Translations under genes and position numbers: made by a program
Shown here: piece by piece, positions 53,201-64,000 of the stretch
How the letters are laid out: each line of letters begins with the position of its first letter
Numbering within the stretch: the stretch's first letter is position 1
NCBI RefSeq assembly: GCF_009914755.1
Contig: NC_060929.1
Strand: one strand, 5' to 3'
Length of the DNA stretch: 64,000 nucleotides
DNA from: the human T2T-CHM13v2.0 reference genome, Homo sapiens
Notes under the pieces: model-generated
What the model was told of the DNA's origin: nothing
Databases searched by the model: none
The model's input: the letters and a program-made list of their open reading frames with translations, nothing else

Positions 53201-56200
53201 GAATCTGCAAATGGATATTTGGAGCGCATTGAGGCCTATGGTGAATAAGCACATATTTTCACATAAAAACTCGACAGAAGCATTCTGAGAAATTCTTTGT
53301 GATGTGTGCATTCATCTCTCAGAGTTCAACCTTTCTTTTGATAGAGCAGTTTGGAAACAATCTTTTTATAGTATCTGCAAAGCGATATGTGGAGCACTTG
53401 GAGGGCTGCATTGAAAAAGGAAATATCATCAAATAAAAACTAGACAAAAGCATTATGAGAAACTTCTTTGTGAGGTGTGCATTCATCTCATAGAGTTGAA
53501 CTATTCTTTTGATTAAGGAGTTTTGAAACACTCTATTTGTAGAAAATGGAAGTGGATATTTGGAGTGCGTTGAGGCCTGTGGTGGAAAAGGAAATATCTT
53601 CACATAAAAACTAGACAGAAACTTTCTGATAAATTACTTTGAGATGTGTGCTTTCATTTCACAGAGTTGAAAATTTCTTTTGATTGAGCTGTTTGGAAGC
53701 ATACTTTTCGTAGAAACTGAAAATGGATATTTGTAGCACTTTGAGTCATATGGGGAAAAACGAAATATCTTCATATAAAAACTACACTGAACCATTCTGG
53801 GAAACTTCTTTCTGATGTGTGCATTCATTTCACAGAGTTGAACCTTTCTTTTGATTGAGCACCTTGGAAACAACCTTTTTGTAGTATCTTCAAAAGGATA
53901 TTTGGAGTGCTTTGAGGCCTATGGTGAAAAAGGAAATATCTTCACAAAAAAACTACACAGAAGCATTCTGAGAAACTTCTTTGTGATGTGCGTATGCAGC
54001 TCCCAGAGTTGAATCTTTCTTTTGATTGAGCAGTTTTGAAACACTCTTTTTTTAGAATCTGCAAGTGGATATTTAGAGCGCTTTGAGGCCTGTGGTGGAA
54101 AAGGAAATATCTTCACATAAAAACTAGACAAAAACATTCTGAGAAACTTATCTGTGATGTGTGTATTCATCTCAGAGAGTTAAACCTTTCTTATGATTCA
54201 GCAGTTTTGAAAACAGTGATTTTGTAGAATCTTCACAGGGAAACTTGAGAGCCCATTGAGGCCTATGGGGAAATAGGAAATATCTTTGCATAAAAAATAG
54301 ACAGAAACTTTCTGAGAAACTAATTTGTGATGTGTGCTTTTATCTCACACAGCTGAATCTTTCTTTTGATTGAGAAGTTTTGAAAGAGTCTTTTTGTAGA
54401 ATCTGCAAGTGGATATTTGGAGCGCTATGAGGCCTGTGGTGAAAAAGGAAATATCTTCATAGAAAAACTAGACAGAAGCATTGTGAAAAACTTATTTGTG
54501 ATGTGTGCATTCAACTCACAGAGTTGAACCTTTCTTTTGATTGAGCAGTTTGGAAACAGTCTTTTTGTACAATCTGCAACTGGATATTTGGAGCCCTTTG
54601 AGGCCTATGGGGAAAAGGAAAATATCTTCATATAAAAACTAGACAGAAGTATTCTGAGAAACTTCTTTGTGATGTGTGCATTCATCTCACAGAGCGGAAC
54701 ATTTCTTTTGATTGAACAGTTTGGAAACTGTCATTTTGTAGAAACTGCAAGTGGATATTTGGAGTTATTTGCAGCCTAAGGTGGAACAAGGAATATCTTC
54801 ATGTGAAGACGAGAGAGAGGCATTCCTAGAAACTTCTTTGTGATGTGTGCATTCATCTCACAGAGTTGAACATTTCTTTTGATTGAGAAGTATGGAAACA
54901 GTCTTTTTGTAGAATCTGCAAAGGGATGTTTGTGAGTGCATTGAGGCCTATTGGCAAACAGGAAATATCTTCACATAAAAACTAGAAAGAAACATTATGA
55001 AAAACTTCTTGGTGATGTGTGCTTTCATCTCACACAGTTGAAACTTTCTTTTCATTGAGCAGTTTTTGCACAGTCTTTTTGTGGAATCTGCAAATGGATA
55101 TTTGGAGCGCTTTGAGGCCTATCATGAAGAAGGAAATATCTTCACATAAAAACCAGACAGAAGCATTCTGGGAAACTTCCTTGAGATGTGAGCCTTCATC
55201 TCGAAGAGTTGAGACTTTCTTTTGTTAGACCAGTTTGAATACAGACTTTTTGTAGAATGTGCAAATGGATATTTGGAGTTCCTTGAGGCCAATGGTGGAA
55301 AAGGAAATATCTTCACATAAAAACTAGATAGAAGCATTCTTAGAAACTTCATTTTGATGTGTGCATTCTTCTCACAGTGTTGAACATTTCTTTTTATTGA
55401 GAACTTTGGAAACAGTCCTTTTGTAGAACCTGCAAAGGGATATTTTTGAGCCCATTGAGGCCTATGAGGAAATGGGAAATATCTTCACATAAAAACTAGT
55501 CAGAAGCTTTCTGAGAAACTTCTTTGTGATGTGTGCATTAATCTCACAGTGGTGAACCTTTCTTTTGATTGAGCAGTTTGGAAACCATCTTTTTGTAGTA
55601 TCTGCATGTGGGTATTTTGAACACTATGTGGTCTATGGTGAAAAAGCAACTATCTTCAAATAAAAACTAGACAGAAGCATTCTGAGAAACTTCTTTCTGA
55701 TGTGTGCATTCATCTCACGAAATTGAACCTTTCTTTTGATTGAGCAATTGGGAAACAGTCTTTTTGTAGTATCTGCAAGTGGATATTTGGAATGCTTTGA
55801 GGCCTATGGTGAAAATGGAAATATCTTCACATAAAAACTACAGAGAAACATTCTGAGAAACTTCTTTGTGATGTGTGCATTCAACTCATAGAGTTGAAAC
55901 TTTCTTTTGGTTGATCAGTGTTGAAACACTCTTTTTGTGAATCTGTAAGTAGATACTTGGAGCGGTTTGAAGCGTATGGTTGAAAAGGTAGTATCTTCAC
56001 ATAAAAAGTAGACAGAAGCATTCTGAGAAACTTCTTTGTGACATGTGCATTCATCTCACAGATTTGAGACTTTCTTTTAATTGAGCAGTTTTCCAAGCAG
56101 TCTTTTTGTAAAATCTACAAATGAATATTTGGAGCGCTTTCAGGTCTATGGTGAAAAAGGAACTATCTTCACATTAAAACTAGACAGAATCATTCTGAGA

Positions 56201-56727
56201 AACTTCTTTGGATATTTGCATTCATCTCACAGACTTGAATATTTCTTTTGATTGAGCTGTTTGCAGACAGTCTTTTTGTAGTATCTGTAAATGGATATTT
56301 TGAGTGCTTTGTGGCCTATGGTGAAAAACGAAATATCTTCACATAAAACTAGACAGAGGCATTCTGAGAAACTTCTTTGTGATGTGTGCATTCACCTCAT
56401 GGAGTTGAACCTTTCTTTTGATTAAACAGTTTTCAAACACTCTCTTTGTCGAATCTGCAAGTGGATATTTGGAGCACTTTGAGTCCTGTGGTGGAAAGGA
56501 AATATCTTCACATAAAAACTAGAAAGAAGCATTCTGAGAAACTTCTTTGTGATGTGTGCATTCATTTCACAGAGGTGAACATTTCTTTTGATTGAGTAGT
56601 TTGGAAACAGTCATTTTGTAGAATCTGCAAAGGGATATTTGTGATCCCTTTGAGGCCTATGGGGAAATAAGAGATATCTTCACATAAAAACTAGACAGAA
56701 GCATTCTGAGAAACTTCTTTTTGATGT
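44279..56727 (+). repeat. Alpha satellite in opposite orientation (monomeric; sub-layer change near 48.6 kb)
   Basis: Same inverted reading. Mostly 'actacacag' before ~48.6 kb, and mostly 'actagacag' with recurrent 'aagggatatttgtgagcccattgagg' after it. Confidence 0.93.
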
Positions 56728-57611
56728 TGTGTTCAGAATTGGTGGGTTCTTGGTCTCACTGACTTCAAGAATGAAGCCCCGTACCCTCGTGGTGAGTGTT
56801 ACAGTTCTTCAAGGTGGCGAGTCCGGTGTTTGTTCTTTCTGATGTTCAGATGTGTTCTGAGTTTCTTCCTTCTTGTGGTTTTGTAGACTTGCTAGCTCAG
56901 GAGTGAAGCTGCAGACTTTCGCGGTCAGTGTTACAGCTCTTAAGGCAGTGCATCTGGAGTTTTCCATTCCTCCCAGTGGACTCGTGGTCTCGGTCACTTC
57001 AGGAGTGAAGCTGCAGAGCTTCACCTTGAGTGTTGCAGCTCATAAGGGCAGTGTGGACCCAAAGAGTGAGCAGCAGCATTATTTATTGCAAACAGTGAAA
57101 GAACAAAGCTTCCACAGTGTAGAAGGGTCCCCAAGCAGGTTGCCACTGCTGGCTCTGGCAGCCTGCTTTTTATTCTCTTATCTGGCCCCAACCACTTCCT
57201 GCTGATTTGTAGAACCCAGTGGACTGTTTTTACAGGGCACTGATTGGTGCGTATACAATCCCTAAGCTAGACACAAAGGCTCTTCATGTCCCCACCAGAT
57301 TAGCTAGATACAGAGTGTCAACACAAAGTTATCCAAGGCCCCATCAGAGTAGCTAGATACACGGTGTCGATTGGTGCATTCACAAACCCTGAGCTAGACA
57401 CAGGATGCTGATTGGTATGTTTACACACTTTGAGCTAGATACAGAGTGTGATTGGTATATTTACAATCCCTGGGCTAGACATAAAGGTTCTCCCAGTCCC
57501 CATGAGAGTAGCTAGATACAGCATGTCAATTGGTGCATTCAAAATCCCTGAGCTAGACACAGGGTGCTGATTGGTGTGTTTACAAACCTTGATCTAGATA
57601 CAGAGTGCTCA
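56728..57611 (-). mobile_element. ERV9 LTR (LTR12 family), 3' ~885 bp, 5' U3 missing
   Basis: Begins tgtgttcagaattggtgggttcttggtctcactgacttcaagaatgaagc (reverse complement of the LTR12 3' terminus). Contains U5 repeats 'ggagtgaagctgcaga…gtgttacagctc' and ~40-bp U3 repeats 'gagctagacacag.gtgctgattggtg…'. It ends inside the U3 repeats, with no 5' terminus and no TSD. Confidence 0.93.
57168..57611 (-). promoter_or_regulatory. LTR12 U3 enhancer repeats and promoter (CCAAT/NF-Y motifs, AATAAAA TATA-like box)
   Basis: ATTGG (CCAAT on minus) at 57243, 57370, 57411, 57451, 57529 and 57570. TATA-like ttttatt at 57168-57174; LTR poly(A) signal tttatt at 57082-57087. The proximal CCAAT appears mutated (gctgatttgt at 57201). 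Activity unknown. Confidence 0.65.
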
Positions 57612-57630
57612 TTATGTGAGCACTGGAAAT

Positions 57631-60150
57631 ATATGAAGATATTTCCATTTTCACCACAGGTCTCAAACTGCTCTCAAATATCCCTCTGCATATTCTGCAA
57701 AAAACTGTGTCCAAACTGCTCAATCAAAAGAAATTTTCACCTCTGTGAGATGAATGCACCCATCACAAAGAAGTTTCTCAGAATTTTTCTGTCTAGTTTT
57801 ATATGAAGATACTTCCCTTTTCACCGTAGGCCTCAAAGCACTCCAAATATCCATTTGAAGATTCCACAAAAAGACTGTTACCAAACTGCTCAATCAGAAG
57901 AAAGGTTCAATTCTGTGAGAGGAAAGCACACATCACAAAGAGGTTTGGCAGAAAGCTTCTGTCTACTTTTTATGTGAAGATACTTCTTTTTCACCTGAGG
58001 TGGCAGAGATCAGAAATATCCCAATGCAGATTGTACAAAAAGATGGTTTCCAAACAGCTGAACCAAAAGGAAGTTTCAACTCTGTGAGATGAATGGACAC
58101 CTCACAAAGAAGTTTCTCAAAAAGCGTCTGTCTAGCTTTTACATGAAGATATTTCCTTTTCCACCATATGTCTCAAACCGCTCACAAATATTCCTCTGCA
58201 GAATCTACAAAAAGTCTGCTTCCAAACCACTCAATCAAAAGAAAGGTTCAACTCAGTGAGATGAATGCAAACCCCACAAAGAAGTTTCTCAGAATGCTTC
58301 CGTCTAGTTTTTATATGAAGAAATTTCCTCTTCCACCATAGGCCCCAAAGCACTCCAAATATCCATTCACAGATTCTACAAAAAGACTCTTTCAAAACTC
58401 CTCAATCAAAAGAAAGATTCAGCTGTGTGAGGTGAAAGCACACATCACAAAGAAGTTTCTCAGAATGCTTCTGTCTAGTTTTTATGTGAAGATATTTCAT
58501 ATTACACCCCAGGCCTCAATGACATCACAATTATTCCTTTGACGATTCTAGAGAAAACTGTTTCCAAACTGCTCAATGAAAAGAAAGGTTCAACTCTTTG
58601 AGATGAATGTGCACATCACAAAGCAGTTTCTCAGATTACTTTTGTCTAGCTTTCATGTGAAGATATTTACATTTTCAACATAGGCTTCAAACCGCTCATA
58701 AATATCCATCTCCAAATACTACAAAAAGACTGTTTCTAAACTGTTAAATCAAAAGAAGTTTCAACTCTGTGAGATGAATGCAGACATCACAAAGAAGTTT
58801 CTCAGAAAAGTTCTGTCTAGTTTTTATGTGAAGATATTTCCTAATTCAACATGGGCCTCAAAGGCCTCGCAAATATCCCTTTACAGATCCTACAAAAAGA
58901 TTGTTTCCAAACTTCTAAATAAAAATAAAAGTTCAACTCTGTGAGATGAATGCACACATCACAAAGCAGTTTCTCAGAATGCTTCTGTCTAGTTTCTATG
59001 TGAAGATATTTCCATTTTCACAATAGGCACAAAACTGCTCACAGATAACCCTCTGCATATTCTGCAAAAAGACTGCTTCCAAACTGCTCAATGAAAAGAA
59101 ATATTCAACTCTGGGAGATAAATGCAGTCATAACAAAAAAGTTTCAAAGAAATCTTCTGTCTAGTTTTTATGCGAAAATATTAGCTTTTTCACCATAGGC
59201 CTCAAAGAGGTCCAAATATACATTTGCAAATTCTACAAAAAGATGGTTTCCAAACTGCTGAATCAAAAGAAGATTTCAACTCTGTGAGATGAATGTACAC
59301 ATCACAAAGAAGCTTCTAAGAATGTTTCTGTCTAGTTTTTATGTGAAGATATTTCCCTTTTCACCACAAGCCTCAAAGCGCTCCAAATATCAATTTGCAG
59401 ATACTATAAAAAGACTGTTACCAAACTCCTCAATCAAAACAAAGTTTCAAGTCTGTGAGATGAAAGCAAATATCACAGAGAAGTTTGGCAGAAAGCTTCC
59501 ACCAAGTTTTTATTTGAAGATATTTCTTTTTCAACATAGGCTGCAAACCACACAGAAATATAGCTTTGCAGATTGCACAAAAACACTGTATCCTAACTTC
59601 TCAATAAAAGGAAAGGTTCAACTCTGAGAGATGAAAGCTCACATCACAAAGAAGTTTCTCAGAATCCTTCTGTATTGTTTTTATGTGAGGATATTTCCTA
59701 CTTCACCTTGGGCCTGAAAGGTTTCACAAATATCCCTTTGCAGATTCTACAAAAAGACTGTTTCCAAACTGCTCAATCAAAAGAAAGGTTCAGCTCTGTG
59801 AGAAGAATGCACACATCACACAGCAGTTTTGCAGAATGTCTCTGTCTAGTTTTTATGTGAAGATATTTCCATTTTCACCATAGGTCTCAAACAGCTGAGA
59901 AATATCCCTCTACAAATGCTGCAAAAACACTGTTTCCAAACTGCTCAATTAAACAAAAGGTGCAACAGTGTGAGGTGAATGAACAAGTCACAAGGAAATT
60001 GCTCAGAAATCTTCCATTCCTTTTTAATGTGAAGATATTAGCTTTTTCACTTTAGGCCTCAAAGAGGTCCAAATATCTATATGCAGATATGACAAAAACA
60101 CTTTTTTCAAACTTCCCAATGAAAAGAAAGGTTCAACACTGTGAGAAGAA
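57631..60150 (-). repeat. Monomeric alpha satellite, original orientation, resembling the layer left of 37660
   Basis: 'ttctcagaa', 'ttttcacc' and 'aaatatccctctgca' variants as at 35-37.6 kb. The right boundary is approximate. Confidence 0.88.
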
Positions 60151-63100
60151 GGAACAATCAAAAAGAAGTTTCTCAGAATGATTCTGTGAAGTTTTTATGT
60201 GAAGATATATCCTTTCCAGCTATAGGCCCCAAAGAACTCCAAATATCCATTTGAAGATACTACAGAAAGAGTGTTTCCAAACTGCTCAATCAAAAGAAAT
60301 GTTCAACACTGTGAGTAGAATGCATACATCACGAAGACGTTTCTGAGAATGCTTCTGTCTAGACTTATGTGAAGATATTTCCTTTTCCACCGTAGGCCCA
60401 AAAGCCCCCCAAATATCTACTTGCAGATACTACAAAAAGAGTGTTTCTAAACTGCTCAAGAAAAAGAAAGGTTGAACTCTGTGAGATGAATGTACACATC
60501 ACAAAAAGTTTCTGAGAATGCTTCTGTCTAGATTTTATGTGAAGATATTTCCTTCTCCACCATAGGCCTCAAACCACTCCAATTATCGATTTGCAGATAA
60601 TACAGAAAGAGTGTTTCCAAACTGCTCAATCAAAAGAAAGGTTCAACTCTTTGAGTTCAATGCACACATCACAAAGCAGTTTCTGAGAATGCTTCTGTCT
60701 AGTTTTCATGTGAAGATATTTCCTTTTCCACCATAGGCCTCAAAGTGCTCCAAATATCCACTTGCAGATTCTACAGAAAGAGTGTTTCAAAACTGCTCTA
60801 TGAAAAGGTATGTTCAACTCTGTGAGTTGAATGCAAACATCACAAAGAAGTTTCTGAGAATGCTTCTGTCTAGTTTTTATGTGAAGATATTTCCTTTCCC
60901 ACCATAGCCCTCAAAGTGCTCCAAATGTCCACTTCCAGATTCTACAAAAAGAATGTTTCAAAACTGCTCTATCAAAAGAAAGGTTAAACTCTGTGAGTTG
61001 AATGCACACATCACAAAGTATTTTCTGAGAATGCTTCTTTCTAGTTTTTATATGAAGATATTTCCTTTTCTACCATAGGCCTCCAAGAGCTCCAAACATC
61101 CACTTGCAGATTCTCCAAAAAGAGTGTTTCAAACTGCTCTATCAAAAGGAGGGTTCAACTCTGTTAGTTGAATGCACACATCACAAAGAAGTTTCTGAGA
61201 AGGCTTCTGTCTAATTTTTATGTGAAGATATTCCCGTTTCCAACAAAGGCTTCAAAGCGGTCCAAATATCCACTTGCAGATACTACAAAAAGAGTGTTTC
61301 AAAACTGCTCAATGAAAAGAAAGGTTCAACTCAGTGAACAGAATGCAACATCACAAAGAAGTTTCTGAGAATGCTTCTTTTTTGTTTTTATGTGAAGCTA
61401 TCTCCTTATACACCATAGGCCTCAAAGCACTCCAAATATCCACTTGCAGATTCTACCAAAGAGTGTTTCAAAACTGGTCAATCAAAAAAAAGTTTCTACT
61501 CTGTGAGATGAATGCACACATCACAAACAAGTTAATGAGAATGCTTCTGTCTACTTTTTATATGAAGATATTCCCTTTTCAACTATAGGCCTCAAAGCAC
61601 TCCAAATATCCATTTGCAGATAATAGAAAAAAAGAGTGTTTTCAAACTGTTCAATCAAAAGAAAGATTCAACTCTGTGAGTTGAATGCACCCATCACAAA
61701 GAATTTTGTGAGAATACTTCTGTCTAGTTTTTATGTGAAGATATTTCCTTTTCCACCATAGCCCTCAAAGCCCTCCAAATATCCACTTGTAGATTCTACA
61801 AAAAGAGTGTTTCCAAACTACTGAATCAAAAGAAAGATTCAACTCCGTGAGATGAATGCACACATCACAAAGTAGTTTCTCAGAATGCTTCTGTCTACCC
61901 TTTATATGAAGATATTTCCTTTTCAACTACAGGCCTCAAAGCGCTCCAAATATCCACTTGCAGAAACTAACTGCAAAAAGAGTGCTTCTAAACCGCTCAA
62001 TCAAAAGTAAGGTTCAATTCTGTGAGTTTAATGCACACATCACAAAGAAGTTACTGAGAATGCTTCTGTCTAGTTTTCATGTGTAGATATTTCCTTTTCC
62101 ACCATAGGCCTCAAAGCGCTCCAAATATGCACTTGCAGATTCTACAAAAAGAGTGTTTAAAACTGCTCAATCAAAAGAAATGTTCAACTCTGTGAGATGA
62201 ATGCACACATCCCAAAGAAATTTCTCAGAATGCTTCTGTCTACTTTTTATGTGAAGATATTTCCTTTTCAGCTGTTGGCCACAAAGCATTCCAAATATCC
62301 ATTTGCAGATACAACTAAAAGATTTTTTCCAAACTGCTCAATCAAAAGAAATGTTCAGCCTTCTGAGTTGAATGCACACATCACAAAGAAGTTTCTGAGA
62401 ATGCTTCTGTCTAGTTTTTATGTGAAGATATTTCCTTCTCCACCATAGGCTTCAAACCACTCCAATTATCCATTTACAGATACTACAAAAAGAGTGTTTC
62501 AAACTGCTCAATCAAAGAAAGCTTCAACTCTTTGAGTTGAGTACCCACATAACAAAGCAGTTTCTGAGAATGCTTCTGTCTAATTTTCATGTGAAGATAT
62601 TTCCTTTTCCACCATAGGCCTCAAAGCGCTCCAAATATCCACTTGTAGATTCTACAAAAACACTGTTTCGAAACTGCTCAATCAAAACAAGTGTTCAAAC
62701 CTCTGAGTTGAATTAAAACATCACAAAGAAGTTTCTGAGAATGCTTCTGTCTAGTTTTTATGTGAAGATATTTCCTTTTCCACTATAGGCCACAAAGCAC
62801 TCCAAATATCCACTTGCAGACCCTACAAAAAGAGTGTTTCAAAACTGCTCAGTCAAAAGAAAGGTCGAACTCTGTGAGATGAATGTACACATCAGAAAGA
62901 AGTTTCTCAGAATGCTTCTGTCTAGTTTTTATCTGAAGATATTTCCTTTTCAACTATAGGCTTCAAAGGGCTCCAAATATCCATTAGAAGATACTACAAA
63001 AAAAGAGTGTTTCCAAACTTCTCAATCAAAAGAAAGGTTCAACTCTGTGAGTTGAATACACACATCACAGAGAAGTTTCTGAGAATGCTTCTGTCTAATT

Positions 63101-64000
63101 TTTACTTGAAGATATTTCCTTTTTCACCATAGGCCTCAAACTGCTCCAACTATTCACTTGCAGATTCTACAAAAAGAGTGTTTCAGAACTGCTCAATCAA
63201 AAGAGAGATTCAGCTCTGTCAGATGAATGCACACATAACAAAGAAGTTTCTGAGAATGCTTCTGTCTAGTTTTTATGTGAAGATATTTCCTTTTCCACCA
63301 TAGACATCCAAGGGCTCCAAATATCCACTGGCAGTTTCTACAGAAAGAGTGTTTCAAAGCTGCTCAATAAAAAGAATATTTCAACTCTGCGAGATGAATG
63401 CACACATCACAAAGAAGTTTCTGAGAATGCCTCTGTCTGGTTTTTGCATGAAGATATTTCCTTTTCCACAATAGACCTCAAAGCGCTCCGAATATCCACT
63501 TTCAGATTCTATAAAAAGAGTGTTTCAAAACTGCTCAGTCAAAAGAAAGACTCAACACTGTGAGATGAATGCACACATAACAAGAAGTTTCTCAGAATGC
63601 TTCTGTCAAGTTTTTATGTGAAGATATTTCCTTTTCAATTATAGGACTCAAAGAGATCCAAATATCCATTGGCGGTTACTACAAAAAAGAATGTTTCCAA
63701 ACTTCTCAATCAAAATAAATGTTCAAATCTGTGAGTTAAATGCACACATCACAAAGAAGTTTCTTAGAATGATTCTGTCTACTTTTTATGTGAACATACT
63801 TCCTTTTCCACCATAGGCTTAAAGCACTAAAAATACCCAGTTGCAGATTCTACAGAAGGAGTGTTTCAAAACTGCTCAATCAAAAGAAAGGTTCAACTTT
63901 GTGAAATGAATGCAGACACCACAGAGTAGTTTCTGAGAATGCTTCGGTCTAGTTTTTATATGAAGCTATTCCCTTTTCCACCATTGGCCTCAAAGTGCTC
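60151..64000 (-). repeat. Alpha satellite, different (younger-looking) layer with relic dimer/multimer structure
   Basis: Switch to 'ttctgagaat', 'ccttttccacc', 'ccacttgcag', 'gagtgtttca' and frequent 'gagttgaatg'. One B-type monomer at 61232. Confidence 0.88.
61232..61248 (-). promoter_or_regulatory. Decayed CENP-B box (single CpG transition)
   Basis: Minus strand CTTTGTTGGAAACGGGA versus canonical CTTCGTTGGAAACGGGA. The change hits a core base, so it is predicted non-binding. Confidence 0.75.

Noticed and set aside
56809-57806. ORFs within or leaving LTR12
   Set aside because: Incidental frames in U5/U3 repeats; no gag, pol or env sequence is present.

Overview
This window is primate (human or great-ape type) pericentromeric alpha satellite: about 171-bp monomers over almost its whole length, with no intact protein-coding gene, RNA gene or CRISPR array. 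From left to right: (1) the edge of a diverged higher-order-repeat (HOR) array, 1-~4950, with a 2734-bp/16-monomer period, irregular A/B monomers (SF5/R1R2-like) and two CENP-B boxes with intact cores; (2) monomeric A-type alpha layers to ~37.66 kb, interrupted by an internal L1PA fragment (8.2-9.9 kb) and by a 180-bp poly(A)-tailed, TSD-flanked non-satellite insert (24.3 kb); (3) a ~20-kb block in which the satellite runs in the opposite orientation, bounded by a 5'-truncated L1PA3-like element and a 5'-truncated LTR12 and containing a second L1; (4) satellite in the original orientation again, changing at ~60.15 kb to a younger-looking layer with one decayed CENP-B box. I found no novel protein-based system. 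The notable signals are structural: fold-back (snap-back) templated DNA at both ends of the inverted block, an orphan retrotransposed L2-like fragment inside the satellite, and a 185-bp tract that is 184/185 identical between two different layers 37.5 kb apart. Satellite strand follows the conventional CATTCTCAGAAACTT reading. Coordinates were read by eye, and subfamily calls rely on remembered consensus sequences rather than a database search.
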